NCBI GenBank assembly: GCA_010909165.1
Contig: MU008177.1
Span: 868,001 to 932,000 of the forward strand
From: Anthoceros angustus
Lineage: Eukaryota > Plantae > Anthocerotophyta
Length of the DNA: 64,000 nucleotides
Direction: 5' to 3'
Shown: positions 29,880 through 41,275 of the stretch, one piece after another
Layout: every line of letters starts with the position of its first letter
Numbering within the stretch: position 1 is the first letter of the stretch
The notes under the pieces: model-generated
Database searches by the model: none
Told to the model about the DNA's origin: nothing
Seen by the model: only the letters and a program-made list of their open reading frames with translations
Position numbers and translations under genes: made by a program

Positions 29880-31335
29880 TGTGGCGCGACTTTCGCTGAC
29901 GGCCAGCCGGGCGCGCACAATCCCGTGTCATTGTAGTAAGGGGTTCGTTCCACAGGGAATGGACTCGTGCTTATTCTGCCTGAGCTCTACAACCTACCGC
30001 CTGAACGGACTTCATCATGTTGGGTCCGGCGGCTCCACAACCTTAAGTGTGTGCCCCTTCACAACTCGTCGGACCAGACGCGCAGCCACCGGACCTTCCC
30101 ACAAACTCCGCCCAGGTTTCTCCAGTACCACCGGAACCGGTTTAGCGACGCGTTCCTCCGTCAGTCTACGTACTCTAGCGCCCCAGCGCTCCTCAACTCT
30201 GTCCGGCCACAACTCCACCTCAACACACACGCCGCAACGCGACCCTCCTCCCTTATCCATCCCCAGCTAGTAGTCACAACACCAACACGCCGATGTATTC
30301 ACACCAGGCCGCCTTTGCCCCTTCCTACCGCTTCACGCTCATGGAGAAGTAGCTTTGACTGCAACCCCACCGTTCGTGACCTCTAAGGATGGCTTCCGGC
30401 CAGCAGGGTCACCCCAAGCCCCTAATCCCTTCCGGGCTTCACGTTACCGGATAAGTAGCCGCGACTGCAACCCCACCTCCGTTCCGGCCTCCAGGGTTAG
30501 TCTCGCACCCGGGAAATCACCCTCGAGTACCTCCTCAGCTCAGGTCCGACCCCGGTCCGCACCCATCAAGCGTGTTGGCGGAGCTCGTCACTAGAGCTCT
30601 CAACACATCCCTCTACCACCAATTAATCCTGCACGGTGACGCAGAAACACACTCCGCTCTTCGAACACGAGAGGCAAGAGCACACGGAGTGCGAAGATGG
30701 TACCCGGGATAGTCTCCCCGGTCTAGGGCGCCTAGGCCTCCTTATACTTCCCACACCCTAATCTAACCCGCCTATGTATGTACCCTAACCCTGGGTCGTG
30801 GTAACCGCCAAGACGTAGCTCATCATTCCACCGGACTTCGTCCACCAACTGCTTCCCCGCCAAGCAGCAGACCCGTTCCAGACTATGCCATTCGGACTAA
30901 CCCACCGCCGGACCACATCCGAACTAAGCCGCCTAACCGGACTCCATCCAGACTAGGCCGCCCCGGCCGGACTTACTCCGTCGAACGCCGCTCGGCCAGA
31001 CTTGCTCCGTCGAATACCGCTCGGCCGGACTTACTCTGTCGAACGCCGCTCGGCCGGACTTACTCCATCGAACGCCGCTCGGCCGGACTTACTCCGTCGA
31101 GCAACGATCGGTTGGACTTACTCCGTCGAACGCCGCTCGTCCGAACTTACTCTATCGAACGCAGCCGGACTTCCTCCGTCGAACGCCGCTCGGCCGGACT
31201 TACTCCGTCGAACGCCGTCCGACCGGACTTACTCCGTCGAACGCCGTTCGACCGGACTTACTCCGTCGGACGCCACTCGGCCGGACCACTCCGTCGGACC
31301 CCGCCCAAACGGACCTAGGATCTAGGGATTGCACA
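29880..31335 (-). mobile_element. Probable solo LTR (about 1.46 kb)
   Basis: TGTG...CACA termini; 4-bp flanks CTAT/CTAA (3 of 4 match); minus-strand TATA-like GTATAAGG near 30740 followed by a pyrimidine-rich R-like tract; tandem array in the U3-like portion; no coding region. Confidence 0.55.
30964..31300. repeat. 29-bp minisatellite (CGGCCGGACTTACTCCGTCGAACGCCGCT), about 11 copies
   Basis: Directly visible head-to-tail repeats with no unique spacers. Confidence 0.95.
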
Positions 31336-31489
31336 CTAAGTGCAATTTGGCCAAAAATGACCTTATTGGCTAACTCCTCCCTATCCCAACTATTATTAAT
31401 AGGTTCATATTATATATATTTTTAGTGATTTCTAAGACTTCGTAGATATTTCAAAGTATACATCGAAGTCCCGCACTACGATTTTGATC

Positions 31490-32110
31490 CGGAGTAACCC
31501 CGTAGGCCACTAACAACTGACGGGCCTGTACATTGCAAAGACAAGGGCATGATGTTTATAAAAGGAGGCCCTTTGGACCGATTAGTGTTCGGATGGGGTG
31601 GTCCCATCCCTCAGCTTCGGACCGATTAGGAGGCTTTGATTAGGAGGCCCCAAAGGGCCATGAAGCTAAGATGGGTAGCGCCCCATCCAAGTACTGATTG
31701 GGTAGCACCCCATCCAGGTACTAATCGATCCGAAGCCTACAGGGCCATGAAGCTGGGGGATGGGTGGAGTAACCCCGTTTGCCAATAATAATTGCGGCCC
31801 TGCACAATGTACAGAGGAGCGCATGATCTTTATAACATGTGGATCCACATGATCTTTATAACATGTGGCCCTATGTGGCCATTAAGCTAGGGGATGGGTG
31901 GCACCACATCCAAGCACTGATCGGTCCGAAGGATGCATAATTAAGGAGTAACCCCATGGGCCGCTAACAACTGGTCGCCCCGCACTTCACAGAGATGAAG
32001 GTATGATGTTTTTAACCAATGACCCCCTACAGGACCATGAAACTCGGGGATGGGTAGAGTAACCCCATACGCCACTTACAATTGGCCGCCCCACACATTG
32101 CATATGGGGC
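31490..32110. repeat. Degenerate repeated modules (GGAGTAACCCC..GCC.CTAACAACTG, 4 copies) with GGATGGG..CCCATCC hairpin motifs
   Basis: Motif recurs near 31491, 31766, 31944 and 32057, with nested 26-27-bp local duplications. Confidence 0.7.
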
Positions 32111-32697
32111 CATGAAGCATAAGTGAGAGACCTAGCTATGGCTTTAAAGTGAACACATCGGGTGTTGGGCAATCCTCCATCTCAATGGATCTAATGTTAA
32201 TATAGCAAGTTGGATCATCGTGTCAATTCCTAGTAAATTGCAAAAGGAACCCACCGCAAGACCTCTTTCCAAGGTCTGCTTTATGTCCATTTACCTAGAG
32301 TTATGAACTATATCTTTCTTCTCCAAATGGGGATGAGATATTTGCATGTAACATAAAAGAGCCTTAGTTTAAGGTTGGAAGGATATATAATGGACGTTGG
32401 AAAAGGGCAGAGCATGCAATGGTGGGGTGGCTGGCCGGGGTCGCAGATGGTGGCTTTGGATTACCTCACTCAGGTGTTGTCTTTATTTGATCTTACCATG
32501 TTCCGCTGACAAACCCTGAACGCGAGTCCTCAAATGAGTAGGCCAGGCTATTGAGTAACTGAACTAGAGAGGCGCTTATAGGTTGGCTTAGGAGGAGCTC
32601 ATTAAAAATAACAAATATGTGCTCCTGTCCTTGTACTGTCTTGCATACAAATATGATCCTGCAACATATTTCCATGTCCAACATTGTAAAGAGAGAG

Positions 32698-33010
32698 CAT
32701 CTAACTTTTAGTCCAATCAATCATTGTCCTGCCACTTGCATGTATATTTGTGGTGAAGAGGAACTTAGAGAGAAACTACTTTCTAGATTACTTCACGGAG
32801 AATTCTTAACCCCAAAATGCTCAACCACCTCGAATTGAGACATTGAGGTATGTGTTTGTGTGTCACTTATGGGGCATCTAATTTTTAGTCCTGTCAATCA
32901 TTGTCCTGCCACTTGCATGTATATATTGTGGTCAAGAGGAACTTAGAGAGAAGCTACCTCTTCGATCACTTCATGGTGAATTCTTAACCCCAGAATGCTC
33001 GACCACGTCC
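32698..33010. repeat. Diverged direct repeat, 2 x about 135 bp (period about 178 bp)
   Basis: CATCTAA..TTTAGTCC..TCAATCATTGTCCTGCCACTTGCATGTATAT...GAATTCTTAACCCCA at about 32698 and about 32876. Confidence 0.85.
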
Positions 33011-33799
33011 TTGAATTAAGACTTTGAAGTACGTTTTCGAGCTCCCACAAAAACTTGTGACCTACATAAATAAAAAATGCAAGCTTCTTCCGCTTCTTGT
33101 TCTGCACCTATTGACCTATAAAGCAAAAACAACGGACCAACATAGCATCAAGAATGTCGATCTGAACGTCCATGCATCAAGAGTCAATTTCAAGGACTTG
33201 ATCACTAGAACCGTTTCCTCGAACGCAGAGGGAGAACGACATGCACTTCCCTCCTCTCTCTATGGTATATATCTGCTGGGGTGGAGCGGGTAGGCAAATT
33301 GATGGGTACCGAGTATGTAGACATCGAGCAGATTTTGGAGAATACTTAGTTCTAGGCAGGGGATTGTGTAGTGATAGGCATTGACTACTAGACAATTTTC
33401 TACAAAACTTTGCCGCAACCGTCCCAATTTCGTGTGGGAATTGCCGATCAGAATCTTGAACTCGATCGTAATTAGATTGTTTGCGATGATTTTCGGAGAG
33501 GATGCTCCCCTCAATTTGCTAACCAAAATGCCATGTTGATGCCACACACCTATTCAAAATTTGCTTCTACACAAACCACAATCTACATAGAATGGTGGTT
33601 CCCGTTATGAGATGACTTTCTGGTTGCATGAATCGAATGCAAGCAAAGCACACACCATTGGAAAGCGCGTGAGTGCATGAGGCCTACTTGATTTTTCCAT
33701 ATTCATTGAACACGAGATGTGAACAGGAAAAATGAAAGAGTTACGATAGTGAATTATTAAAAAAATAGGTCTGGAGAGCCCGGTGATTCAAGGGCTAAA

Positions 33800-35900
33800 A
33801 TAACTAATGCAAAAAGTATCGAAGGCCTTTGCTACTTTTCTTGATACAGCACAAAACATCAACAGGAGAAAATCTACAACATGAGAATAACTTTAGGCTT
33901 TCAAAGTATGTTATTTTCAACACTATTTTTTCTTGTAAAAACCCTTGGTTGAACTCTCGCCGTCACGGAGCATGTCAAGTTTTCTTGTTTTGGAGCTGTC
34001 AAGGCATGTAAATAATTAGGATGTATTTATGAAATGAAACTAAAGAGAAAGATATTATATGTACCTTCACTTAAAGATTGGGGGTAAATTTTTAAGATTT
34101 TTTGGCTTATGGGTAAGATCTTGTAAGGTGATTGATGTCATTTCATAAATACATTTTAAGCTTATCGTTTTTCTCATGGGGTTGATTGTTTTTTTGTACA
34201 CCTTTCCACAAAACCTGTTTACTATGGATTTTTGTAAATCAATTTTGAATTCTCGTGCGAGGAGTATCATTATTTCGAAAATGATTGTCAAACCGTTGCA
34301 AATAATCTCCTTATCCCTATGTACCCATAACTGGTATATTGTTGCAACTTCACTTTTCTTCTCCAACATATCGTATAGGTATGATAAAGCTGTAGTCTAT
34401 ACAAGAAAAAAATTTGATGGTATAATTTTGTATATTAATAATCAATTAATAACCAATTAAAATTGTTGATACATAGAGCAATAGAAATTGAAGAAACTTA
34501 CCAATGTGTCCACAAGTTTGTTGCACTTTCGTATCTTTATTTCCCACTTCGTTTCCATGTCTCTCATGTTTGTTACATGAGGAAGCATGCACAATTCGCA
34601 ATGGCACATAGCTTTTTTAATCTTAGGAATCAATTTTCGAAACCTTTGAGGACGACTGTAAGTGCAATGAGAGCGTTGTTTGCAGAATTTACCCTCCCGC
34701 ATATTGAGCCCACATGCATACTCCACACATACTATATTAATTAAAACATAAATAAACTCATCCTCCAAGTCTTCACTTCCAATTCCGTGGAATTTGTTTG
34801 GTTTCCCTTGACCACCATTATTTGATGTACGAATAAGTTTCAATAATTTACGTACTTGCTCAGCCTATGTACAAGTTTGACGAACAAAAATATATAAGAA
34901 CAAGTAATTCATTCATCATAACCCACTTCATTTGTTAACTTGCTAAACGGGTATGATGACTCACCAAATTCAATATGGCTTGTTTTTGTCCAAATTGTAC
35001 ATTTTCGTCACTCTCAACTTGTTGAAGGATCAAGTTTTGCAACATATTGATCAATTCTCCGAGGGTTGGAGCCATAGTATAAACTAGTTTGTTTCGTACG
35101 AGATACTTGACTCTAGGCAGATTTATTATTGATTTGCTCAGTGATGCGAAATCGAGTCCTAAATAATTTCTCCTACAAGGCCCACAAAGATAGGAACCTC
35201 TGAGAGAGATAGGTGAGACTTATTACTATACACGTATTAGGTTGGTCACTATGTCTTTTGTACTAGAGTTTGTCTCTCTTATATAGAGATCAACATTGTA
35301 TGTATTAGCAATTACTATATATAAGAACTTACAACCAGGAAGCAAGTTAGGTTAGTAACTATGTCTTTTATATTAGACCTTGTCTCATATATACAAAGAT
35401 TAGCAATTGCTTTATTTAGGGATTTGAGGTAACACAAATCACGGACTTTTTCTCAAATGATAACAGAAAGTTAGGTTGGTTCTATGTTTTTTACAGTAGG
35501 GGGACTAGGTTACATGACTAAGATGTCGTCTTTGTGGGTTGAATTAAAATTTGTTTTTCTCCTTTTAACACAAGAAGACCCAGGTCATGAAATGTAACAA
35601 GTTGAACCAAGGTTAAAAAGATGGAGAATAAGAGACAAGGATAAATCGTATTTGTGGCTCTCATTGTGTCGTAATTTTCTTCTTCTTGTTCAAGATTCTT
35701 ACGACATCTCTTTTTGTGACAGACAAGTCCATAGAACATGCCAGATGATTGTAGATTGGCATAACCTTGTCTCCACATGGACTAGGTACTTGTTTTAGCT
35801 GCCAAATGAAATTTGCCATTGGGTGTAGAACCCAAGTTTGAGCCGGCCTTCTATTAAAAAAAATAAAATTATATACTCGACAGAACATAAACAAAACATC
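33800..35900 (-). mobile_element. Highly decayed AT-rich retroelement remnant (possible gag fragment)
   Basis: The minus ORF at 34457-34843 contains KFHGIGSEDLEDEF..NIVC, loosely resembling the start of Ty3/Gypsy gag. A degenerate repeat of about 115 bp occurs at 35237-35500. Confidence 0.3.
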
Positions 35901-36102
35901 CCCTAGGCGAATTGTTGGTAGAATGTCACCAGCCATGTCTTCGGTAGAATGTCACCAGCCATGTCTTCTTCATGTCTTCGTCTTTTCATCATGAATAAAT
36001 GCGTCTCCGGTCCTTAGCCAAAGACTCCTAGTTAAAACCCTTTTTATATAGGGCATATAAGGCTTGGCAGAAGAATATGCCTAGGATGGCTGGATTCAAG
36101 CC

Positions 36103-36174
36103 AAACCCTAGACCTAATGACCTAATGACCTAATGGCCTAATGCCCTAATGCCCTAATGCCCTAATGCCCTAAT
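36103..36174. repeat. Telomere-like array: AAACCCTA followed by 8 x G(A/G/C)CCTAAT
   Basis: Units GACCTAAT x3, GGCCTAAT x1, GCCCTAAT x4 at 36111-36174. Confidence 0.95.
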
Positions 36175-36258
36175 TCGGGACGGGGGAACGGGTCCCGGAA
36201 TTGCAGACTACCAGCGGATGCAAAGGTCGGATTGGGGAGTGAGCTGCCATTGGATGGC

Positions 36259-38166
36259 ATGTTGCAGCGCCTCCTGCAGCGGTGTGGGGCGAGGACAAGT
36301 CGGGGCTTGAGCGCGCTCTCCGACGCGAGGGCAGCCGAGTGGCCTGCCAGTTGGGAGGACTGGAATCGGCTGTGCGATGGTGGACGCGTTGTGGAGGCGT
36401 TCCGGGCGCTGGAGGGCTTGGCTCGGCGAGGAAGCTCCGTGTCGGAGAACCACTTGCACCGCCTGCTGCAGGCATGCATGGCAAGCAGGGACCTGGCCAC
36501 CGGGAGGGAGGTTCACCGCCTGATTGTGCGGTGCGGGTTCGAGGCGCAATGCTTCCTGGGGAACCAGCTCATCCAGATGTACGCGTCTCACAACAGGTTG
36601 GCGGAGGCGAGTGGGGTGTTCAGCAGGCTGCCGGCCCCGAACCAGCATGTATGGTGTTCCATCATCCGGGCACATGCTGAGTCAGGGCAGCCTGAGCAGG
36701 CCATCAGGATGTACGAGAGGTTTAGGGCTTCGGGAGGGAGGGTGAACGAGTGGATCCTTGTGGCTGTCCTGAAGGCGTGTGCAGGGGCGCGCGATGTGAG
36801 GAAGGGGAGGTGGGTTCATGAGCACGCGGTGGCCGTGGGGTGTGTGGGGAGTCCGTTTGTGGGCAGTAGCCTCATCGACATGTATGCCAGGTGCGGGAGC
36901 TTGGAGGATGCGCAGGGTGTGTTTGAGGGGCTGTGTTCCGGGTCCAGCAGCGTGGTGCTGTGGACTGCGATGCTGGGAGGGTACGTTCGGCTGGGGTGTG
37001 GCCGGGAGGCTCTCGAGTTGTATGAGAAGATGGTGGGGAGGGGCATGGCGCGGGACCGTATTGTGATGGTGTGTTTGCTGAAGGCTTGTGGGGTTGCAGG
37101 AGCTGTGGAGCGAGGGGCGAGCTTGCACCAGGAGATCGTGGACATGGGGCTTGAGAGGAGTTCTCTGGTTGGGAATGCCCTTATCTACATGTATGCCAGC
37201 CTTGGGTTGCTGGACACTGCCCGGAGAGTGTTCAGCAAGGTGTTGAGAAGGAATTCGTTCACGTGGACGGCGTTGATGAATGGGTATGGGCAGTATGGAG
37301 ACCTGGCCGGGGCTGTACAGTGCTTCGAGCAGATGGGGAGGCACAGGGTGAAGCCGGATGCAACAACTTTCGCTTGTCTGCTTGCTGCATGCAGTCGAGC
37401 CGGTGCTGTGGATGACGGGGAGAAGTACTTCAAGATGATGGAAGCTGCAGAGTATGCGGTGGTACCTGCTGTGGAGCACTTGAACTGCATGTCCGATCTG
37501 TATGCCCAGGCAGGACGTCTAGATGATGCTGAGAAGTTGCTGCTGAAGGCTGGACCGCCGGAAGCTAACACCGTGGGCTGGAGGAGTCTGCTGTATGCTT
37601 GCTTCAGTCACAAGAATGTGGAGCTGGCAAGGAGATGCTTCGATCGTGTTTGTCATCCGGATCCTACCGACCCTGCACCATATGTCATCATGGCAAGTAC
37701 GTACGCCGATGCGGAGAGTTGGGCGGACGTGGACCACATCAAGCAGCTGCAGAAAGGCGCCGGTGCTGTAAGAAAACGTTCGAAGGCTGTGATCGAGGTC
37801 GCAAAGAAGGTGCATGAGTTCTCAGGGGACGACGACAACTGCTCTCCCATGGTTCATGCCAAGCTGCAGTCACTGAACGCACAGGCCCAGGAGAGGGTGG
37901 AAGAGGGATGTCTGTCGCAGTCACCTCTCGCATGGAAGCCACTGCAGGACGATGAGACGGAAGATGTGCTGTGTGGACACGCAGAGAAGCTGGCAATAGC
38001 CTTCGGGCTCCTCCACACCCTCGTGGGAGCACCTCTGCATGTCGTGAAGAATCTCCGTATGTGCAAGGACTGTCACAGGTTCTGTAGCATCATTTCCAGG
38101 ATGGAAAAGCGCAGGATCACAGTAAGGGATGACCATCGAGTGCATGTCTTCAGCCACGGGACATGA
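36259..38166 (+). CDS. PLS-class PPR protein with E1/E2 and a DYW:KP-type deaminase domain, C-terminally truncated; single exon
   Basis: Repeated P/L/S motifs (FVGSSLIDMYARCGSLEDA, VFTWTALMNGY-like), E domain GWRSLLYAC..NVELARRCF, KP-like box RKRSKAVIEV, HAEKLAIAFGL, KNLRMCKDCH; ends VHVFSHGT*. First ATG is 36259 (36232 is TTG). Confidence 0.95.
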   Translation: MLQRLLQRCGARTSRGLSALSDARAAEWPASWEDWNRLCDGGRVVEAFRALEGLARRGSSVSENHLHRLLQACMASRDLATGREVHRLIVRCGFEAQCFLGNQLIQMYASHNRLAEASGVFSRLPAPNQHVWCSIIRAHAESGQPEQAIRMYERFRASGGRVNEWILVAVLKACAGARDVRKGRWVHEHAVAVGCVGSPFVGSSLIDMYARCGSLEDAQGVFEGLCSGSSSVVLWTAMLGGYVRLGCGREALELYEKMVGRGMARDRIVMVCLLKACGVAGAVERGASLHQEIVDMGLERSSLVGNALIYMYASLGLLDTARRVFSKVLRRNSFTWTALMNGYGQYGDLAGAVQCFEQMGRHRVKPDATTFACLLAACSRAGAVDDGEKYFKMMEAAEYAVVPAVEHLNCMSDLYAQAGRLDDAEKLLLKAGPPEANTVGWRSLLYACFSHKNVELARRCFDRVCHPDPTDPAPYVIMASTYADAESWADVDHIKQLQKGAGAVRKRSKAVIEVAKKVHEFSGDDDNCSPMVHAKLQSLNAQAQERVEEGCLSQSPLAWKPLQDDETEDVLCGHAEKLAIAFGLLHTLVGAPLHVVKNLRMCKDCHRFCSIISRMEKRRITVRDDHRVHVFSHGT

Positions 38167-39580
38167 ACATGTGCTGTCAGTATCCTCCTGACGGACTCCA
38201 GGTATACACCTCCCACCCTGTCTCTCCACCAAACCAAAGAACTCCATCGGGTTGCCATCCGGGTACCCGCCATCCTGACTCTCTCTTCTGTCATGCAGGC
38301 AGGCATCCCAGCTCCTCCCCACCCTGCTCCCGCTCTCTCCCTCACAGACTTGAAAGGTCCACATCTCCACCCATACCCGTAACCTCTCTTGTCCTGGCCA
38401 GCCCCTCCACACACAAGCAGAGACAAAGGCACAACACACACAAGATCCACACACACACTCAAGCAGCACATGACAACCAGTTGGCCACGCCCCCCTTGTG
38501 CGCAGGTGGTAGGCCTGGCCAGGGCATCTGCCAGCTTCCCTGGCCTATGGGTGTGTGGAAGTGTGGCCGTTGTGACAGCATGGCAACAAGCGCTGGCTGC
38601 AGAGTGTACGTGGTGCATTCCACACCCCATCATCACAACGCCATATCTCCTGCCCTCACCACGGTGCGTTTTCCCCTCCCAGTCCCCTGCCCACACCAAT
38701 CTGCCATCTCTCTTTTGTACGAAACTGAACCCACAAACGGACGCAGCCACGAGCTTCACCATGCCACGGTCCTGCCCCTGTACTTCCCCCTCCCTCACCC
38801 GGATCACTCATCATTCCCACCGATCCCCCTCCAGGTACACCAGCAACCCGTCTCCCTCTTACAGGATACTGGCAGATTCTCCGTTCTCCAGAGACGCGTT
38901 CCGTGACGCCACCATACAATTGCAAAGCCGCAAGAGATGCTTCCGTTTCCTTGCTGACAGCAGCCGGGCCCCCGCAACGTGCCCGGAAATGAAAAGGCCG
39001 GCCCGCTACATCATCTGGTACTATTCCCGTCCTTCCATTACACAATCCTCCTCCATGTCCGGCAACTCCGGATTCCGGCGATCTCTACATCAAACCATGA
39101 AACCCCAGAAACCCCAGCCGGGCAGCCCTTAATTCAAACGGGAGCCCTAAACGTCCTCCCGCTCGGCCCTCCCGGGCCCACCACGGGGGCATATTTTGGG
39201 CGCACTGAGCACATGCGACGACCGCCGGGCAGTCGTGCAGCCCGGTCGGCGTCCGTCGCGTCCCGACGCCCTCCGGTCCCGGGGTCAAGCCCGAGTCTCC
39301 AGAAAGATTGAGGGCTGGTAATTCCGTTGCCCCACCGGGCCGGTTACCTAATCCCGGTTTATGGACCCGGCCGGATGAGCGACGTGGGCGGGCGGATTCG
39401 GAATCGGATAGGCCGATCGGCCGGGGACGGCGTTCAATGCCGTGGGCCCGATCTCGCTTCCGGCCTTCCTCGTCCCGGGCGCGGGGCATGGCTGCCGGTG
39501 CCTTGGGCCGGCCTCCAGAGCCACATTGACGAGCGCGCGGGACTGGAGCATGGAAGCAGGCTGCTGCGACCGACCTCGAT

Positions 39581-39608
39581 CCGACCCGACCCGACCCGAC
39601 CCGACCCG
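39581..39608. repeat. (CCGAC)n pentanucleotide microsatellite upstream of the SPRY gene
   Basis: Five and a half perfect copies. Confidence 0.9.
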
Positions 39609-39698
39609 CATTGCGAATTCGGGGCGGATTCCGAAGCTTCAGGGCGGCGGGGTGGGGAGGGCAATGTAGAGGGGCCGCGGGCGGTGCGGAGCTGGGGA

Positions 39699-41275
39699 AT
39701 GGCGGACTCCGGGAGCGGGATGGGCACGGTGAAGGTGGCGGCTGTGAGCACGGGCGCGGGGCTGGCGGCGGCGGTTCTGCTGCTCCTGGCCGTGTGCTGC
39801 GTGCGGCGGGGCGGAGGGCGGGACGAGGAGAGGAAGAGGATGCGGCTCGGCGGGAAGGGGCAGGAAGAGGCTGCCGGGGAGTCGTGGGAAGAGGACCTTG
39901 AGCAATTGGAGGGCTACGTATCCTGTCACCGCCTTCAGCTGGGGAACCATGCGGCGTATGTGGCGGAGGCGGTGGAGCACAGGTGGCCGGCCTTCGCGCT
40001 CGCGTTCTACGCGTCTCCGAGTGTGCCTGTGGCGTCGAGCCTGTGGCATATGTGTACTAAGTGTGCGTTGCATGATGGGTTCGAGCCGGAGATCACCTGG
40101 GACATGGGCGCCGGCGCGGACTACATGCAGCAGGTGCGCTTCAACCCCGGGCTGGCCTCGAAAAGGGACTGGTGTCTGCACCCCGTGCAGGCGTTGCAGG
40201 CGGCGCTGCCGCTGCCGGGGCCGGCGCTGGTTCCCTGCACCTTCCCGCAGGACGCGTATTTCGAGCTCACCGTGCTGGCGGAGGGGCCGAGTACCGGCCC
40301 GGGGCGGGCAGGGGCACGGCGTTGTGGGTCCTGCGGAGAATGAGTATGTGAAGCTGCTGCGAAGGTCGTCTTCCGACCTGCAGGTGGCTGGGGCCGGGGC
40401 CGGGGCCGGGGCCGTGCCGCAGGCCGGGGGTGGGAGTGCCAAGGGCTCGTTTGATCTCAGCACGTCCAAAAGGAGCGACTATGTGAAGTGTGGAGGGGAG
40501 GGTGTGGGTGTGGGGAGATCGGACGCGGATTTGCCCTCGTCCTGCTCGCTGGATTATGCTTTGCACGTTATTGCTGTCGGGCTCGGTGCGGCCAATGCGC
40601 CTCCCTTTCGGTTCCCCGGGACGGATCCTGGGTCTGTTGGGTATCACTCTGCGGATGGCGCCGTGTATTTGAATGGTGGGTTGTCTTGCTGTTGTTGCTC
40701 TTGTTCCTGATGGTGGGCTTTGGGTTTGCGAAGGGTTGGGGTTGTTGGGTTTTTTTGGGTTGCGTAGGGTTTGTGGTGATGGAGATGGTGGGTGTGTGGT
40801 GGCAGGGGCGCTGTTTGCGGAGGAGGGGAAGAAGGTGCAGGCCAAGAGGAGGATCTGGGGGGCGGTTACTAATACTGTAGGGTGTGGGTTCGATCCGAGG
40901 GTGAGGAAGGTGTATTTCACGCTCAACGGGGAGCTGGTGCACGAGGTTAGCTGTAAGACTGCGGAGTATGGAAGCCCACTGTTTCCCATTGTGGCTGCCA
41001 ACTACGATGTCACGGTCATGGTGAATTATGGGCAAGTCTCGTTCGAGTACATGCCTGCCAACGGCCTGAGGGCTGCGGATCCCAGCAGCAGGACGCCGCT
41101 CTCCAGGTCAGGGAAGGTGGGGGAGGATAGTGGGGATCTATTCTCCATGGGTAGAATAGATTCCCACTGGCTTTCGGAGCTGGAGTCCCCCAATTCTCCT
41201 GACCTCTCCCACCGGCATGTGCTCTCGGAGACGGAGTCTGATCTGTTCGAGATTGTGCTGGACGGTCGAGGTTAG
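39699..41275 (+). CDS. Membrane-anchored SPRY-domain protein; 1-nt frameshift near 40280-40340 (pseudogene or assembly error)
   Basis: N-terminal TM helix; ALPLPGPAL..FPQDAYFELTVL in one frame; VIAVGL..PPFRFPGTDPGSVGYHS in the +1 frame; after an intron (about 40677-40805) TVGCGFDP..VYFTLNGEL, LFPIVAANYDVTVMVNYGQ and ESDLFEIVLD. Confidence 0.8.

Noticed and set aside
30964-31300. CRISPR-like appearance of the 29-bp and 46-bp (46759-46942) arrays
   Set aside because: Head-to-tail repeats without unique spacers, eukaryotic context and no cas genes.
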